The notes under the pieces: generated by a model
Databases searched by the model: none
The model's input: only the letters and a program-made list of their open reading frames with translations
What the model was told of the DNA's origin: nothing
Part shown: piece after piece, positions 1 to 10,807 of the stretch
How the letters are laid out: each line of letters begins with the position of its first letter
Position numbering within the stretch: position 1 is the first letter of the stretch
Assembly: GCA_035711225.1 (NCBI GenBank)
Contig: DASTCK010000025.1
Span: forward strand, 1 to 51,841
From: Casimicrobiaceae bacterium
GTDB taxonomy: Bacteria; Pseudomonadota; Gammaproteobacteria; Burkholderiales; Casimicrobiaceae
Direction: 5' to 3'
Length of the DNA stretch: 51,841 bases
Position numbers and translations under genes: made by a program

Positions 1-2
1 TC

Positions 3-56
3 GATGCGAGCGCGACGTCGCAGGCGGGATACCGGCTGTACCTGTTCTACCCGTGA
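3..56 (+). CDS. 3' end of an unidentified CDS running in from the left edge (...QAGYRLYLFYP*)
   Basis: Open frame with typical GC3-rich codons ending TGA at 54-56; too short to identify. Confidence 0.35.
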   Translation, partial: DASATSQAGYRLYLFYP

Positions 57-123
57 CGGCGGGATCGGAGAGCACGCCCACGAGGCGCCCGTGGCCGCAG
101 GCTTCGATCCCCCGTCGACCGAC

Positions 124-140
124 GGCACCACGATGGTGCG
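124..140. promoter_or_regulatory. Distal NtrC-binding-site-like palindrome
   Basis: GGCACCAcgaTGGTGCG versus NtrC consensus TGCACCA-N3-TGGTGCA. Confidence 0.6.
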
Positions 141-316
141 CGCGCGTGCCTGCGTGCTTCCGCGGATCGCTTCGGTGCGACGAAGCGAACCCGTTCCGGG
201 TCAGGCACTTGTGTCGACTCACTCGGACTTCGTGGGCGCGACCATGCCGCCCGCGGCATCTGCTGCGTGCACGGGTAGCGACGTGAGCCTCCGATTCAGT
301 CGCTTTCCCGAGTACC

Positions 317-365
317 GGCGCCAAATTGGTGCGACCGCGCGCAGCAAATGCTCCATAATGGGGCG
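317..365. promoter_or_regulatory. Tandem NtrC enhancer sites for glnA
   Basis: GGCGCCAaatTGGTGCG (317-333) and TGCTCCAtaaTGGGGCG (349-365), 32 bp apart, upstream of the sigma54 motif. Confidence 0.8.
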
Positions 366-436
366 TCTATGCGCCCCCGGGCGATGCCGGCACCGAAATT
401 TCGCGCGCCCTCAGGGGGTTGGGGCGGCGTCCCCGA

Positions 437-452
437 TGGCATAGTTATCGCT
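437..452 (+). promoter_or_regulatory. Sigma54 (-24/-12) promoter of glnA
   Basis: TGGCATagttaTCGCT with GG-N10-GC spacing; NtrC sites upstream, glnA downstream. Confidence 0.8.
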
Positions 453-525
453 AAATCGCCCCGCGGCGATTCTGCAACGCAGCGTCATCCCTTCCCGTTC
501 GAACAAGCCCCGTCAGGAGATCTGC

Positions 526-1938
526 ATGGCCACAGCCGCCGACGTCCTCAAGATGATCAAGGAAAAGGAGGTCAAGTTCGTCGACTTCCGCTTCACCGAC
601 ACGCGCGGCAAGGAGCAGCACGTCTCGGTGCCGGCCAAGGTGGTCGGCAACGACAAGTTCGAGGACGGCCACGCGTTCGACGGCTCGTCGATCGCCGGAT
701 GGAAGGGCATCGAGGCGTCCGACATGCTGCTGATGCCGGACCCGGCGACCGCGTACGTCGATCCGTTCCTCGACGAGACGACGCTCAACATCACCTGCGA
801 CGTGGTCGAGCCTTCCGACGGCAAGGGCTACGAGCGCGACCCGCGCTCGCTCGCGAAGCGCGCCGACGCCTACCTCAAGTCGACCGGCATCGGCGACGTC
901 TGCTACTTCGGCCCGGAGCCCGAGTTCTTCATCTTCGACTCGGTCGAGTGGTCGGTCGACATGTCGGGCAGCTACTGCAAGGTGTTCAGCAGCGAAGCCG
1001 CGTGGTCGTCCGGCGAGAAGTTCGAGGGCGGCAACATGGGGCACCGGCCCGTCGTCAAGGGCGGCTACTTCCCGGTGCCGCCGGTCGACTCGCTGCAGGA
1101 CATCCGCTCCGCGATCTGCCTCGCGCTCGAGCAGATGGGCGTCGAGGTGGAAGTGCACCACCACGAGGTCGCGAACGCGGGCCAGTGCGAGATCGGCACG
1201 AAGTTCGCGCCGCTCGTCCAGCGCGCCGACTGGCTGCAGATCCTCAAGTACGCCGTGCACAACACCGCGCACGCGTACGGCAAGACCGCGACGTTCATGC
1301 CGAAGCCGATCGTCGGCGACAACGGCTCGGGGATGCACTGTCACCAGTCGGTGTGGAAGGGCGGCAAGAACCTGTTCGCGGGCGACGGCTACTCGGGACT
1401 GTCGGAGTTCGCGCTCTACTACATCGGCGGGATCATCAAGCACGCGAAGGCGCTCAACGCCATCACCAACCCGGGCACGAACTCGTACAAGCGCCTGGTG
1501 CCGGGATTCGAGGCCCCGATCAACCTCGCGTACTCGGCGCGCAACCGCTCGGCCGCGATCCGCGTTCCCTACGTCTCGAACCCGAAGGGCCGGCGCATCG
1601 AGGTGCGCTTCCCGGACCCGACCGCGAATCCGTATCTCGCGTTTTCGGCCATGCTGATGGCGGGCCTCGACGGCGTGCAGCACAAGATCCATCCGGGCGA
1701 CCCGATGGACAAGAACCTGTACGACCTCGAGCCCGAGGAGGCCGCGAAGGTCCCGCACCCGTGCGCGTCGCTCGACGAGGCGCTCGATCACCTCGACAAG
1801 GACCGCTCGTTCCTCACCAAGGGTGGCGTGTTCACCAACGACATGATCGACGCCTACATCGCCCTCAAGATGGAGGAGGTCACGCGCTTCCGGATGACCA
1901 CGCACCCGATCGAGTACGAGATGTACTACTCGCTGTAA
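526..1938 (+). CDS. glnA: Glutamine synthetase type I
   Basis: [30 protein letters not shown], adenylylation motif KNLYDL; RBS AGGAGA. Confidence 0.99.
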   Translation: MATAADVLKMIKEKEVKFVDFRFTDTRGKEQHVSVPAKVVGNDKFEDGHAFDGSSIAGWKGIEASDMLLMPDPATAYVDPFLDETTLNITCDVVEPSDGKGYERDPRSLAKRADAYLKSTGIGDVCYFGPEPEFFIFDSVEWSVDMSGSYCKVFSSEAAWSSGEKFEGGNMGHRPVVKGGYFPVPPVDSLQDIRSAICLALEQMGVEVEVHHHEVANAGQCEIGTKFAPLVQRADWLQILKYAVHNTAHAYGKTATFMPKPIVGDNGSGMHCHQSVWKGGKNLFAGDGYSGLSEFALYYIGGIIKHAKALNAITNPGTNSYKRLVPGFEAPINLAYSARNRSAAIRVPYVSNPKGRRIEVRFPDPTANPYLAFSAMLMAGLDGVQHKIHPGDPMDKNLYDLEPEEAAKVPHPCASLDEALDHLDKDRSFLTKGGVFTNDMIDAYIALKMEEVTRFRMTTHPIEYEMYYSL

Positions 1939-1976
1939 ACCCGGGGCCCCTCGGGGGCGTTGACGTGGGAGCGACG

Positions 1977-2003
1977 GGGGCGGGCCGGCGGCCTGCCCCT
2001 TTC
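1977..2003 (+). terminator. Probable intrinsic terminator after glnA
   Basis: Stem GGGGCGGGCC-ggc-GGCCTGCCCC followed by TTTC. Confidence 0.55.
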
Positions 2004-2037
2004 GTCGTCGGACGCGCGTCCGATACACTGCGACGAC

Positions 2038-2571
2038 ATGGCCTCCCGGATGACCGCGCTCGCCTGGTGCGCCGCCGCCCTGCTCGGGGGCGCGGCCGGG
2101 GCGGCGCACGCGCAGACGCTCGCGCAGAAGGCGAAGGACGAGGGCTGCACCGACAAGCCGGTGCGGCTGTCGGGCAGCGAGATGTACAAGTGCACGGCGA
2201 AGAGCGGCAACGCGTCCTACTTCAACGTGCCCGACGCGGGATCCGAATCCCCCGCGCCCGTGCGGACCCCCGGCTCGTCCGCGACGCGCTCGGCGAGCGT
2301 GCCGACGCCGTCGAGCTTCCCGAAGGTGGACGCGGGGACGCAGAAGTCGCGCGACGACCTGCGCCGCAAGGTGCTGCAGGACGAGCTCGCGAGCGAGGAG
2401 AAGCAGCTCGCCGAGGCGAAGGCAGCGTGGGGCGACGGCTCGCCGCTGCCGCTTCCCGAGGAGCGCACCAGCGCGCAGAAGTACGCGGACCGCATCGCGC
2501 GAATGCGACAGGCCGTGCAGCTGCACGAGCGCAACATCGAGGCGCTGAAGCGCGAGCTCGCGGCGCGCTGA
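2038..2571 (+). CDS. Exported DUF4124-like protein
   Basis: Signal peptide, MYKC..G.ASYFN, FPKVDAGTQKSRDD.RRKVL.DEL coiled coil; glnA-ntrB position typical of betaproteobacteria. Confidence 0.8.
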   Translation: MASRMTALAWCAAALLGGAAGAAHAQTLAQKAKDEGCTDKPVRLSGSEMYKCTAKSGNASYFNVPDAGSESPAPVRTPGSSATRSASVPTPSSFPKVDAGTQKSRDDLRRKVLQDELASEEKQLAEAKAAWGDGSPLPLPEERTSAQKYADRIARMRQAVQLHERNIEALKRELAAR

Positions 2572-2619
2572 CGCGCCGCCGCCCCGCGTGCGCGTCTCGC
2601 GCACGCGTGTGCGCCGTCC

Positions 2620-2635
2620 CGGCGCGGTTATTGCT
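2620..2635 (+). promoter_or_regulatory. Sigma54-like motif upstream of ntrB
   Basis: CGGCGCggttaTTGCT with GG-N10-GC. Confidence 0.5.
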
Positions 2636-2689
2636 AAACCCTCGTGGTCGTGCGCGCCGCGACGCCCGCGGTGCGCGCCGCCTCCTCAC

Positions 2690-3778
2690 GTGATCCGCAT
2701 CCCCTTCCTCGAGCCCGCCACGCCCGCCGCCTGCGCCGGGCTCGAGCTGGTCGCGACCGCCGTGCTCCTGATCGCTCCGGACGGCCGCATCGCGTGGGCG
2801 AACCCGGCGGCCGAGAACCTGTTCGAGCTCTCGCGCAAGAAGCTCGTGAAGCGGCGCCCGTCGCAGGTGTTCGGCGACAGCGCGGCGCTCGACACCTCGA
2901 TCGCCAAGGCGAGGACGAGCGGCGCGTCCTACACCGAGCAGGAGATCGAGCTCGCGGCGACCGGCAAGACGAAGCTGCACCTGTCGTGCACCGCGACGCC
3001 CGTCGACCTCGACGACGCCGACGTGCTGGTCGAGTTCCGCCACATCGACCAGCAGCTCAAGATCGCGCGCGAGGAGCGCCTGAACGAGCAGCAGCAGGCG
3101 AACCGCGAGCTGATCCGCAGCCTCGCGCACGAGATCAAGAATCCGCTCGGCGGCATCCGCGGCGCGGCGCAGCTGCTCGAGCGCGAGCTCGACCGACCCC
3201 CGCTCATCGAGTACACGCAGGTGATCATCGGCGAGGCGGACCGCCTGCAGTCGCTGGTCAACCGCCTGCTGACGCCGCACCGGCTGCCCGCGTTCCGCCC
3301 GATCAACGTGCACGAGCTGCTCGTGCGCGTGAAGGGCGTGGTGCAGGCCGAGTTCCCGCAGATCCCGATCGCGCTGGACTTCGACATCTCGCTGCCCGAG
3401 TTCGACGCCGACCCCGAGCAGCTCACGCAGGCGATCCTCAACATCGTCCGCAACGCGGCGCAGTCGCTGGCCGGCACGACCGCCGACCCGCGCATCGTCG
3501 TATCCACGCGCGTGGCGCGCAACGCGATGCTCGCGAAGAAGTTCCACCGGCTCGCGATCGCCATCGGCGTCGCCGACAACGGGCCCGGGGTCCCCGAGGC
3601 GCTGCGCGAGAAGATCTTCTTCCCGCTCGTCTCCGGCCGCGAGGGGGGCAGCGGGCTCGGGCTGACGATCGCGCAGACCTTCGTCGCGCAGCACGGCGGC
3701 GCGATCGACTGGGAGAGCCGGCCCGGCCACACCGTGTTCACGATCGTGCTGCCGCTCGACCCGCGCGGCCATCCCTGA
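2690..3778 (+). CDS. ntrB: Nitrogen regulation sensor kinase NtrB (GlnL)
   Basis: PAS domain, H-box LAHEIKNPLGGIRGAAQLL, DNGPG, GSGLGL; GTG start at 2690 inferred. Confidence 0.97.
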   Translation: MIRIPFLEPATPAACAGLELVATAVLLIAPDGRIAWANPAAENLFELSRKKLVKRRPSQVFGDSAALDTSIAKARTSGASYTEQEIELAATGKTKLHLSCTATPVDLDDADVLVEFRHIDQQLKIAREERLNEQQQANRELIRSLAHEIKNPLGGIRGAAQLLERELDRPPLIEYTQVIIGEADRLQSLVNRLLTPHRLPAFRPINVHELLVRVKGVVQAEFPQIPIALDFDISLPEFDADPEQLTQAILNIVRNAAQSLAGTTADPRIVVSTRVARNAMLAKKFHRLAIAIGVADNGPGVPEALREKIFFPLVSGREGGSGLGLTIAQTFVAQHGGAIDWESRPGHTVFTIVLPLDPRGHP

Positions 3779-3797
3779 TCCACGAGGAAACGCCCCG

Positions 3798-5258
<1,461 letters not shown>

Positions 5259-5262
5259 CTCG

Positions 5263-6990
5263 CTAGGGGCCGATGCCGCGACGCGGGCCGCGAACGAGGT
5301 AATCGGGCGCGATCGTGCCGCGCGGCTGCGCGAACCAGCCCGGCGCGATGACCTGGTAGCCGTCGAACACGCCGATGCCGTCGTCGGGACCGATCGTGAA
5401 GTCGAACTTCGCGTCGCGCGACCACAGCAGGTAGAGCGTGTCGGGCGCAAGCCTGCCCTCGTTCAGGGTCGCGGTCATCGCCGCGTTGGCCGCGTCGATG
5501 CGCGGGAACGACGGACGCGAGAACTGCCCGGTGTTGATCGCCATGCCGTGGTCGACGGCGTAGAGCGAGAGCCACTCCCAGCCGCGCGCCATGTTGGCGA
5601 CCGGCGCCATCCTGATCACGTGGTAGTGCCTTGCCGCCTCGGCCCAGAACGGTGAGCGCAGCGGGCTCGAGCGCGCGGCGGGCGCGACGATGAACCGGTC
5701 GTGGAAGTAGCCGCGCATCGCGACGAAGCGCGGCGACAGGTCGGCGAGCTGCAGCGCGACGGCGCCGGCGATGAGAAGCGTCGCCGCCGGAGGCGAGAAG
5801 CGCGCGGCGACGATCGCCGCGGCGGCGAACGTCAGCGCGTACATCGCGACCCACAGCAGGCGGCCCGACGCGCGCAGCGTGGCGACGAGGTCGAGCAGCT
5901 TGCCGCCGATCGGCACCTCGAGCACGACGCGGTCGCCCCACGCGATGCGATGAGACAGCGCGAGCATGACGAGGACCGCCGCGATCGCGATCAGCGGAGC
6001 GTAGGGACGGACGTTCGCCGCCGGAGCGCCCGGCTTGAGGAACGACAGCAGCGCGACGGCGAGCAACGCGAGCACGCCCGCGCCGAGGTAGCCGTGGCCT
6101 TCGAGCTCGGCGCCCTTCATCACCGGCAGGTTCGGCAGGAAGCGCGAGCCCCAGCCCGGGTTGAAGAACGCGTTGAGGTTGGCCGCGTACTTGCCGTAGT
6201 ACGCGCTGCCGCCCGATAGCGCGTGGCCGGGCAGCACGAAGTAGCCGGCGAGCGCCATCGTCACGCCCAGCGCGATCGCGACGACCGTCACGTGGCGCAG
6301 CCACTCGCCCACGTCCGGTCGCGGCAGCGGGTCGAAGTGGCGGCGGCGCAGCACGTCGGCGACCCACAGCGCGAGCACCATGTAGAGCAGGTAGGCGTGC
6401 ACCAGCGACGCGATGCAGGTCACGGCCACCCAGTGGCCGGTCGCGAGCTCGCGACGCGGCTGCAGCGCGAGCCACAGCCCCCACAGCACGAGCCAGTGCG
6501 ACATCAGCGCGTAGTGGCCGATCGCGCGGTCGAGCAGCGGCCAGCTCGCGACGAACAGGAGCGTTAGCGCGTAGCGGTCGAGCGGACGGTCCGAGGCGAG
6601 CGCGGCGAGGAGCCCGCCGAAGAAGCCTTGCAGCACGAAGCACAGCAGCGCCCAGAGGCCGAAGTACTGGAACGGCTCGGGCAGCCACGCGGAGGCGAGC
6701 TTGCCGGCGAACGCCGCGATCGGGATCGAGTCGGTGAACGGGATCGCGCTGCCGATCTCGAGGCCGTAGCTGCGGATCGCGCCCGGCGGCCACTGCCACG
6801 GCTCGACGCGGAAGAAGCGCCAGCCGAGGTACTGGGCGGCCGGATCGCCCTCCATCAGCCAGATCCAGTAGGACGGGTCGAGAAGGCGCGGGTCGAGGAC
6901 CAGGAAGTAGACGACGAGGCCCGCGAGCGCGCCGAACACCGCGGACGCAGGAAGGCCGCGGGCGTGATCCGCGGGATCGATGACGATCAC
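5263..6990 (-). CDS. Polytopic membrane protein, DUF6311-like (possible GT-C glycosyltransferase)
   Basis: GD.AQYLGW.FFR.EPW.WP.G and FTDSIP motifs, many TM helices; GTG overlaps the xth stop (GTGA). Confidence 0.7.
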   Translation of the reverse strand: MIVIDPADHARGLPASAVFGALAGLVVYFLVLDPRLLDPSYWIWLMEGDPAAQYLGWRFFRVEPWQWPPGAIRSYGLEIGSAIPFTDSIPIAAFAGKLASAWLPEPFQYFGLWALLCFVLQGFFGGLLAALASDRPLDRYALTLLFVASWPLLDRAIGHYALMSHWLVLWGLWLALQPRRELATGHWVAVTCIASLVHAYLLYMVLALWVADVLRRRHFDPLPRPDVGEWLRHVTVVAIALGVTMALAGYFVLPGHALSGGSAYYGKYAANLNAFFNPGWGSRFLPNLPVMKGAELEGHGYLGAGVLALLAVALLSFLKPGAPAANVRPYAPLIAIAAVLVMLALSHRIAWGDRVVLEVPIGGKLLDLVATLRASGRLLWVAMYALTFAAAAIVAARFSPPAATLLIAGAVALQLADLSPRFVAMRGYFHDRFIVAPAARSSPLRSPFWAEAARHYHVIRMAPVANMARGWEWLSLYAVDHGMAINTGQFSRPSFPRIDAANAAMTATLNEGRLAPDTLYLLWSRDAKFDFTIGPDDGIGVFDGYQVIAPGWFAQPRGTIAPDYLVRGPRRGIGP

Positions 6991-7769
6991 GCCGCGCGGG
7001 GCCCGAAGTCGGCGATCACCGGCGCGTGGTCGGACGGCTTCTCGCCCTTGCGCGCGTTGCGGTCGATCGTGCACGACCGGCAGCGAGCCGCGAGCGCGGG
7101 CGACGCGAGGATGTGGTCGATGCGCAGCCCCATGTTCTTCGGGAAGGCGAGCATCCGGTAGTCCCACCAGCTGAATGTCTTCGGCGGCTGCTCGAAGAGG
7201 CGGTAGGTGTCCTCGAGGCCGAGCGCGATCCAGCGCGCGAACGCGTCGCGCTCGGGCTGCGAGAACAGCACCTGGCCCTCCCATGCGGCCGGGTCGTGCA
7301 CGTCGCGAGGCTCCGGAGCGATGTTGAGGTCGCCGACGAACGCGAGGTCCGGGAACGCGGCGAGCGCGTCGTGCAGGTACGCCTCCGCCGCCGCGCACCA
7401 GCGCAGCTTGTACTCGTACTTGTCGGACCCGACCGACTGGCCGTTGGGAACGTAGGCGCAGACGACGCGCACGCCGTCGACCGTCGCGGCGATCACGCGC
7501 TTCTGCTCGTCGTCGAAGCCGCGGAGCCCGGTGGCGACGTCGCCGACCGGCACGCCGTCGCGCACGAGGATCGCGACGCCGTTGTAGGTCTTCTGGCCGA
7601 ACACGTGCGAGCGGTAGCCCGCCGCCTCGAGCTCGGTGCGAGGATACTTGTCGTCCTCGAGCTTGAGCTCCTGCAGGCACAGGACGTCGGGCTGGTTGGC
7701 CGCGAGCCAGTCGAGCACGCGCGGCAGCCGCATCTTGAGCGAGTTGATGTTCCAGGTGACGAGCTTCAT
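6987..7769 (-). CDS. xth: Exodeoxyribonuclease III
   Basis: TWNINS, LCLQELK, YNGVA, GDLNIAP, GLRIDH, SDHAPV. Confidence 0.97.
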   Translation of the reverse strand: MKLVTWNINSLKMRLPRVLDWLAANQPDVLCLQELKLEDDKYPRTELEAAGYRSHVFGQKTYNGVAILVRDGVPVGDVATGLRGFDDEQKRVIAATVDGVRVVCAYVPNGQSVGSDKYEYKLRWCAAAEAYLHDALAAFPDLAFVGDLNIAPEPRDVHDPAAWEGQVLFSQPERDAFARWIALGLEDTYRLFEQPPKTFSWWDYRMLAFPKNMGLRIDHILASPALAARCRSCTIDRNARKGEKPSDHAPVIADFGPRAA

Positions 7770-7815
7770 CGCGGCCCCGGCTTCGATCCCAGGGCGCCAT
7801 GATGCCATCGCCGCT

Positions 7816-8544
7816 CTAGCGGGCGAAGCGCTCGGCGACGCTCGCGACCAGCGGCAGGAGCAGCGTGGCGAGGATGACCTGCATGCCGAGCGCGAGGCCG
7901 GCGTACGCGCCCGCGTCGGGATGCACCTGCATCGCGCGCGCCGCGCCGATGCCGTGCGAGGTCGTGCCGAGCGCGAAGCCGCGCACCTCGGGCGACGCGA
8001 TGCGCAGCGCGTCGAACAGGTATTTCGCCGACAGCGCACCGACCAGCCCGGTGAGCACGGCGAACACGGCGGCGAGCGCCGGGATGCCCCCGAGGTGCTC
8101 GGCGATGCCCATCGCGACCGGCGCGGTGACCGACTTGGGCGCGAGCGAGCGCAGAAGCTCGGGGGTGAGGCCGAGCGCCCAGCCGATCGCCACCGCGCTG
8201 CCGGCCGCGACCGCGCCGCCCGCGAACGCCGACAGAACGAGCGCCGCCGCTCGCTTGCGCAGCTCGGCGCGCCGCTGCCACAGCGGCCACGCGAGGGCGA
8301 CGACGGCGGGCCCGAGCAGGAAGTGGATGAACTGCGCGCCGGCGAAATACGCGGGATACGCGGTGCCGGTCAGCGCGAGCAGCGCGACCAGCGCCAGCAC
8401 CGTCCACAGCACCGGGTTCGCCCACGGCGCCTGGCCTAGCTTCACGTACGCGGTGTGCATCACGACGTAGGTGACGATGGTCGCGGTGAGCCCGAACAAC
8501 GGCGTCGCGGCGAGGTAGATCCACAGGCTCACGAGCTGGTCCAC
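7816..8544 (-). CDS. lrgB: LrgB/CidB family membrane protein
   Basis: LLGPAVVALA.PL, SLAPKSVT.PVAM, SHGIG.ARA. Confidence 0.92.
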   Translation of the reverse strand: MDQLVSLWIYLAATPLFGLTATIVTYVVMHTAYVKLGQAPWANPVLWTVLALVALLALTGTAYPAYFAGAQFIHFLLGPAVVALAWPLWQRRAELRKRAAALVLSAFAGGAVAAGSAVAIGWALGLTPELLRSLAPKSVTAPVAMGIAEHLGGIPALAAVFAVLTGLVGALSAKYLFDALRIASPEVRGFALGTTSHGIGAARAMQVHPDAGAYAGLALGMQVILATLLLPLVASVAERFAR

Positions 8545-8548
8545 GGCG

Positions 8549-8893
8549 TCACGCGCTCCTTCGCCACAGTCGGGCGAGCACCAGCGCCGTGGCGGCCATC
8601 CCGAGCAACGTCGACACGATCACCGCCACGGCGAGGCGCCAGCCGTAGTCCGCGAGCAGCGCGAGATGGACGATCACGCCGACGCCGACCGGCACGAACA
8701 GCAGCGACAGGTGCGCGAGCAGTGCGTTCGCCGCGGCCTCGACCGGCTCGCGCACGACGCGGACGTTGAGCGCGCCGAGCAGGAGCAGCATGCCGATCAC
8801 CGGGCCGGGCAGCCTGGCGCCGAGGCCGCGCGCGACGAGCTCGCCCGCCGATTGGCACAGCAGGAGCCAGCCGAAGCCGCGCAGCGCGTCCAT
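8549..8893 (-). CDS. lrgA: CidA/LrgA family holin-like protein
   Basis: PGPVIGMLLL, LSLLFVPVGVG; paired with lrgB. Confidence 0.9.
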   Translation of the reverse strand: MDALRGFGWLLLCQSAGELVARGLGARLPGPVIGMLLLLGALNVRVVREPVEAAANALLAHLSLLFVPVGVGVIVHLALLADYGWRLAVAVIVSTLLGMAATALVLARLWRRSA

Positions 8894-8985
8894 GATGGCC
8901 GGAGGAGCTGGGCTTGCGCCGCGGCCGGGTCAGCGCGAAAGCGCGCCGGATCGGCGGGCACGGCCGGTGGAGCGCGAGCGATCGC

Positions 8986-10065
8986 TCACGCGCCGGCCTG
9001 GATCACGCCGCGGCGAACCTGGTCGCGCTCGATCGATTCGAACAGCGCGCGGAAATTGCCCTCGCCGAACCCCTCGTCGCCCTTGCGCTGGATGAACTCG
9101 AAGAACACCGGCCCGAGCAGCGTCTGCGAGAAGATCTGCAGGAGCAGGCGCGGCTTCCCGCCCTCGGTCGTGCCGTCGACGAGGATGCCGCGCGCGCGGA
9201 GCTCGCTCACCGGCAGGCCGTGGCCGGGCAGGCGCTCGTCGAGCATCTCGTAGTAGGCGTCGTTGGGCGCGCTCATCATCGGGACGCCCGCCATCTGCAG
9301 CCTGTCGATCGTCGAGAGCAGGTCGTCGGTGACGAGCGCGACGTGCTGGATGCCCTCGCCGTTGAACTGCATCAGGAACTCCTCGATCTGCCCGGATCCG
9401 CGCCCCGACTCCTCGTTCAGCGGGATGCGGATCCTGCCGTCCGGCGCGGTCATCGCGCGCGAGGTGAGCCCCGTGTACTCGCCCTTGATGTCGAAATAGC
9501 GCAGCTCGCGGAAGTTGAAGAGCTTCTCGTAGAACCCGGCCCAGTAGGCCATGCGGCCGCGGTACACGTTGTGCGTCAGGTGGTCGATCAGCTTGAGGCC
9601 GTGGCCGGCGGGATGGCGGTCGACGCCCTCGACGAACGCGAAGTCGATGTCGTAGATCGCGCGGCCTTCCTCGTAGCGGTCGATCAGGTAGAGCGGAGCG
9701 CCCCCGATGCCCTTGATCGCCGGCAGCCGCAGCTCCATCGGGCCGGTGGGCATGTCGACCGGCTGCGCGCCGAGCTCGAGCGCGCGCGCATACGCCTTGT
9801 GCGAGTCGCTGACGCGAAACGCGAGGCCGCACGCCGACGGCCCGTGCTCGGCGGCGAAGTACGCGGCCGCGCTCCTCGGCTCGCGGTTGACGACGAAGTT
9901 GATGCCGCCCTGCCGGTAGAGCAGCACGTCCTTCGAGCGGTGCTTCGCGACGAGCGTGAAGCCGAGCCGCTCGAAGAGCGGCTCGAGCACATGGGGCGTG
10001 GGCGAGGCGAACTCGACGAACTCGAATCCCTGCAGCCCCATCGGGTTGTCGGGCAGGTTGGCCAT
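8986..10065 (-). CDS. hppD: 4-hydroxyphenylpyruvate dioxygenase
   Basis: [43 protein letters not shown]. Confidence 0.97.
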   Translation of the reverse strand: MANLPDNPMGLQGFEFVEFASPTPHVLEPLFERLGFTLVAKHRSKDVLLYRQGGINFVVNREPRSAAAYFAAEHGPSACGLAFRVSDSHKAYARALELGAQPVDMPTGPMELRLPAIKGIGGAPLYLIDRYEEGRAIYDIDFAFVEGVDRHPAGHGLKLIDHLTHNVYRGRMAYWAGFYEKLFNFRELRYFDIKGEYTGLTSRAMTAPDGRIRIPLNEESGRGSGQIEEFLMQFNGEGIQHVALVTDDLLSTIDRLQMAGVPMMSAPNDAYYEMLDERLPGHGLPVSELRARGILVDGTTEGGKPRLLLQIFSQTLLGPVFFEFIQRKGDEGFGEGNFRALFESIERDQVRRGVIQAGA

Positions 10066-10196
10066 GGTCCTGGAGGGGCGGATGGCGCGAGCGGCGCCGG
10101 GAGGATGCGCGTTGCAGGCGGGCGTGGCGCCGGCCGGGTCGGGGCCCGGGCAGGCGCTCCGACGCCGGGCCAGGGCCGTTGCCCCGACCGCCGGCC

Positions 10197-10796
10197 CTAC
10201 TGCGCCGGGTACCCGCCGCCCTTCGGGGCAGGCGCCGCGCTCTGCGTCTCGGCGCGTGGCGGCTCGGGCGGTCGCGCGCCCGGGACGGTGCGCCGGGGCG
10301 GGGGCGCCTTCGGGTAGCCGGCCTCGTCGAGCATCGCGGTCCAGCGCGCCTCGTTGTAGCCCTTCGCGACGAGCTTGTCGCCGACCTGCAGGACCGGCGC
10401 CGTCATCTCGCCGGTGAGCGCCTGCAGGCGCGCGGCGTTGGCCGGCTCCTCGACGTTCACGGTCGTGAACGGCACGCCGCGCTTGTTCAGCAGGCCCTCG
10501 GCGGTCTGGCACACCTCGCCGCACGAGAACGTGTAGAGCGTCACCGGGAAGCGCTCCACCGCCTGTTGCGTCGCGAGCGGCGCGGCATCGGTCTCGACGA
10601 AGTTGGCGCCGACGCGCTTGGCCTGCGCCTTCTTCGCGTCCGCGGGGGGCGGGCGATCCGAGTAGTACACGCGGCCGTTCGCGTCCTCGTAGCGGTAGAC
10701 CTGGTTGCCCTGCGCGAGCGTCGCCGTCGCGACGACGAGCGCGAGGGAGCCTGCGATGCAGGCGAAGACCCGACGTCTGCGGATGGCGAGGGCCAT
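10197..10796 (-). CDS. Exported DUF4124 plus glutaredoxin-domain protein
   Basis: Signal peptide, VYRYED.NGRV.YSD.PP, VTLY..SCGEVC (CxxC), LD.AGYP. Confidence 0.85.
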   Translation of the reverse strand: MALAIRRRRVFACIAGSLALVVATATLAQGNQVYRYEDANGRVYYSDRPPPADAKKAQAKRVGANFVETDAAPLATQQAVERFPVTLYTFSCGEVCQTAEGLLNKRGVPFTTVNVEEPANAARLQALTGEMTAPVLQVGDKLVAKGYNEARWTAMLDEAGYPKAPPPRRTVPGARPPEPPRAETQSAAPAPKGGGYPAQ

Positions 10797-10807
10797 GGAC
10801 GACCTCC

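Noticed and set aside
348-2693. Long alternative-frame and antisense ORFs (e.g. 348..2693, 14803..17208, 20606..23404, 40763..43354)
   Set aside because: Arg/Ala/Pro-rich shadow frames expected in high-GC DNA overlapping well-supported genes
7816-8893. Holin-like genes as a prophage remnant
   Set aside because: CidA/LrgA-LrgB pairs are ordinary chromosomal genes; no phage genes nearby
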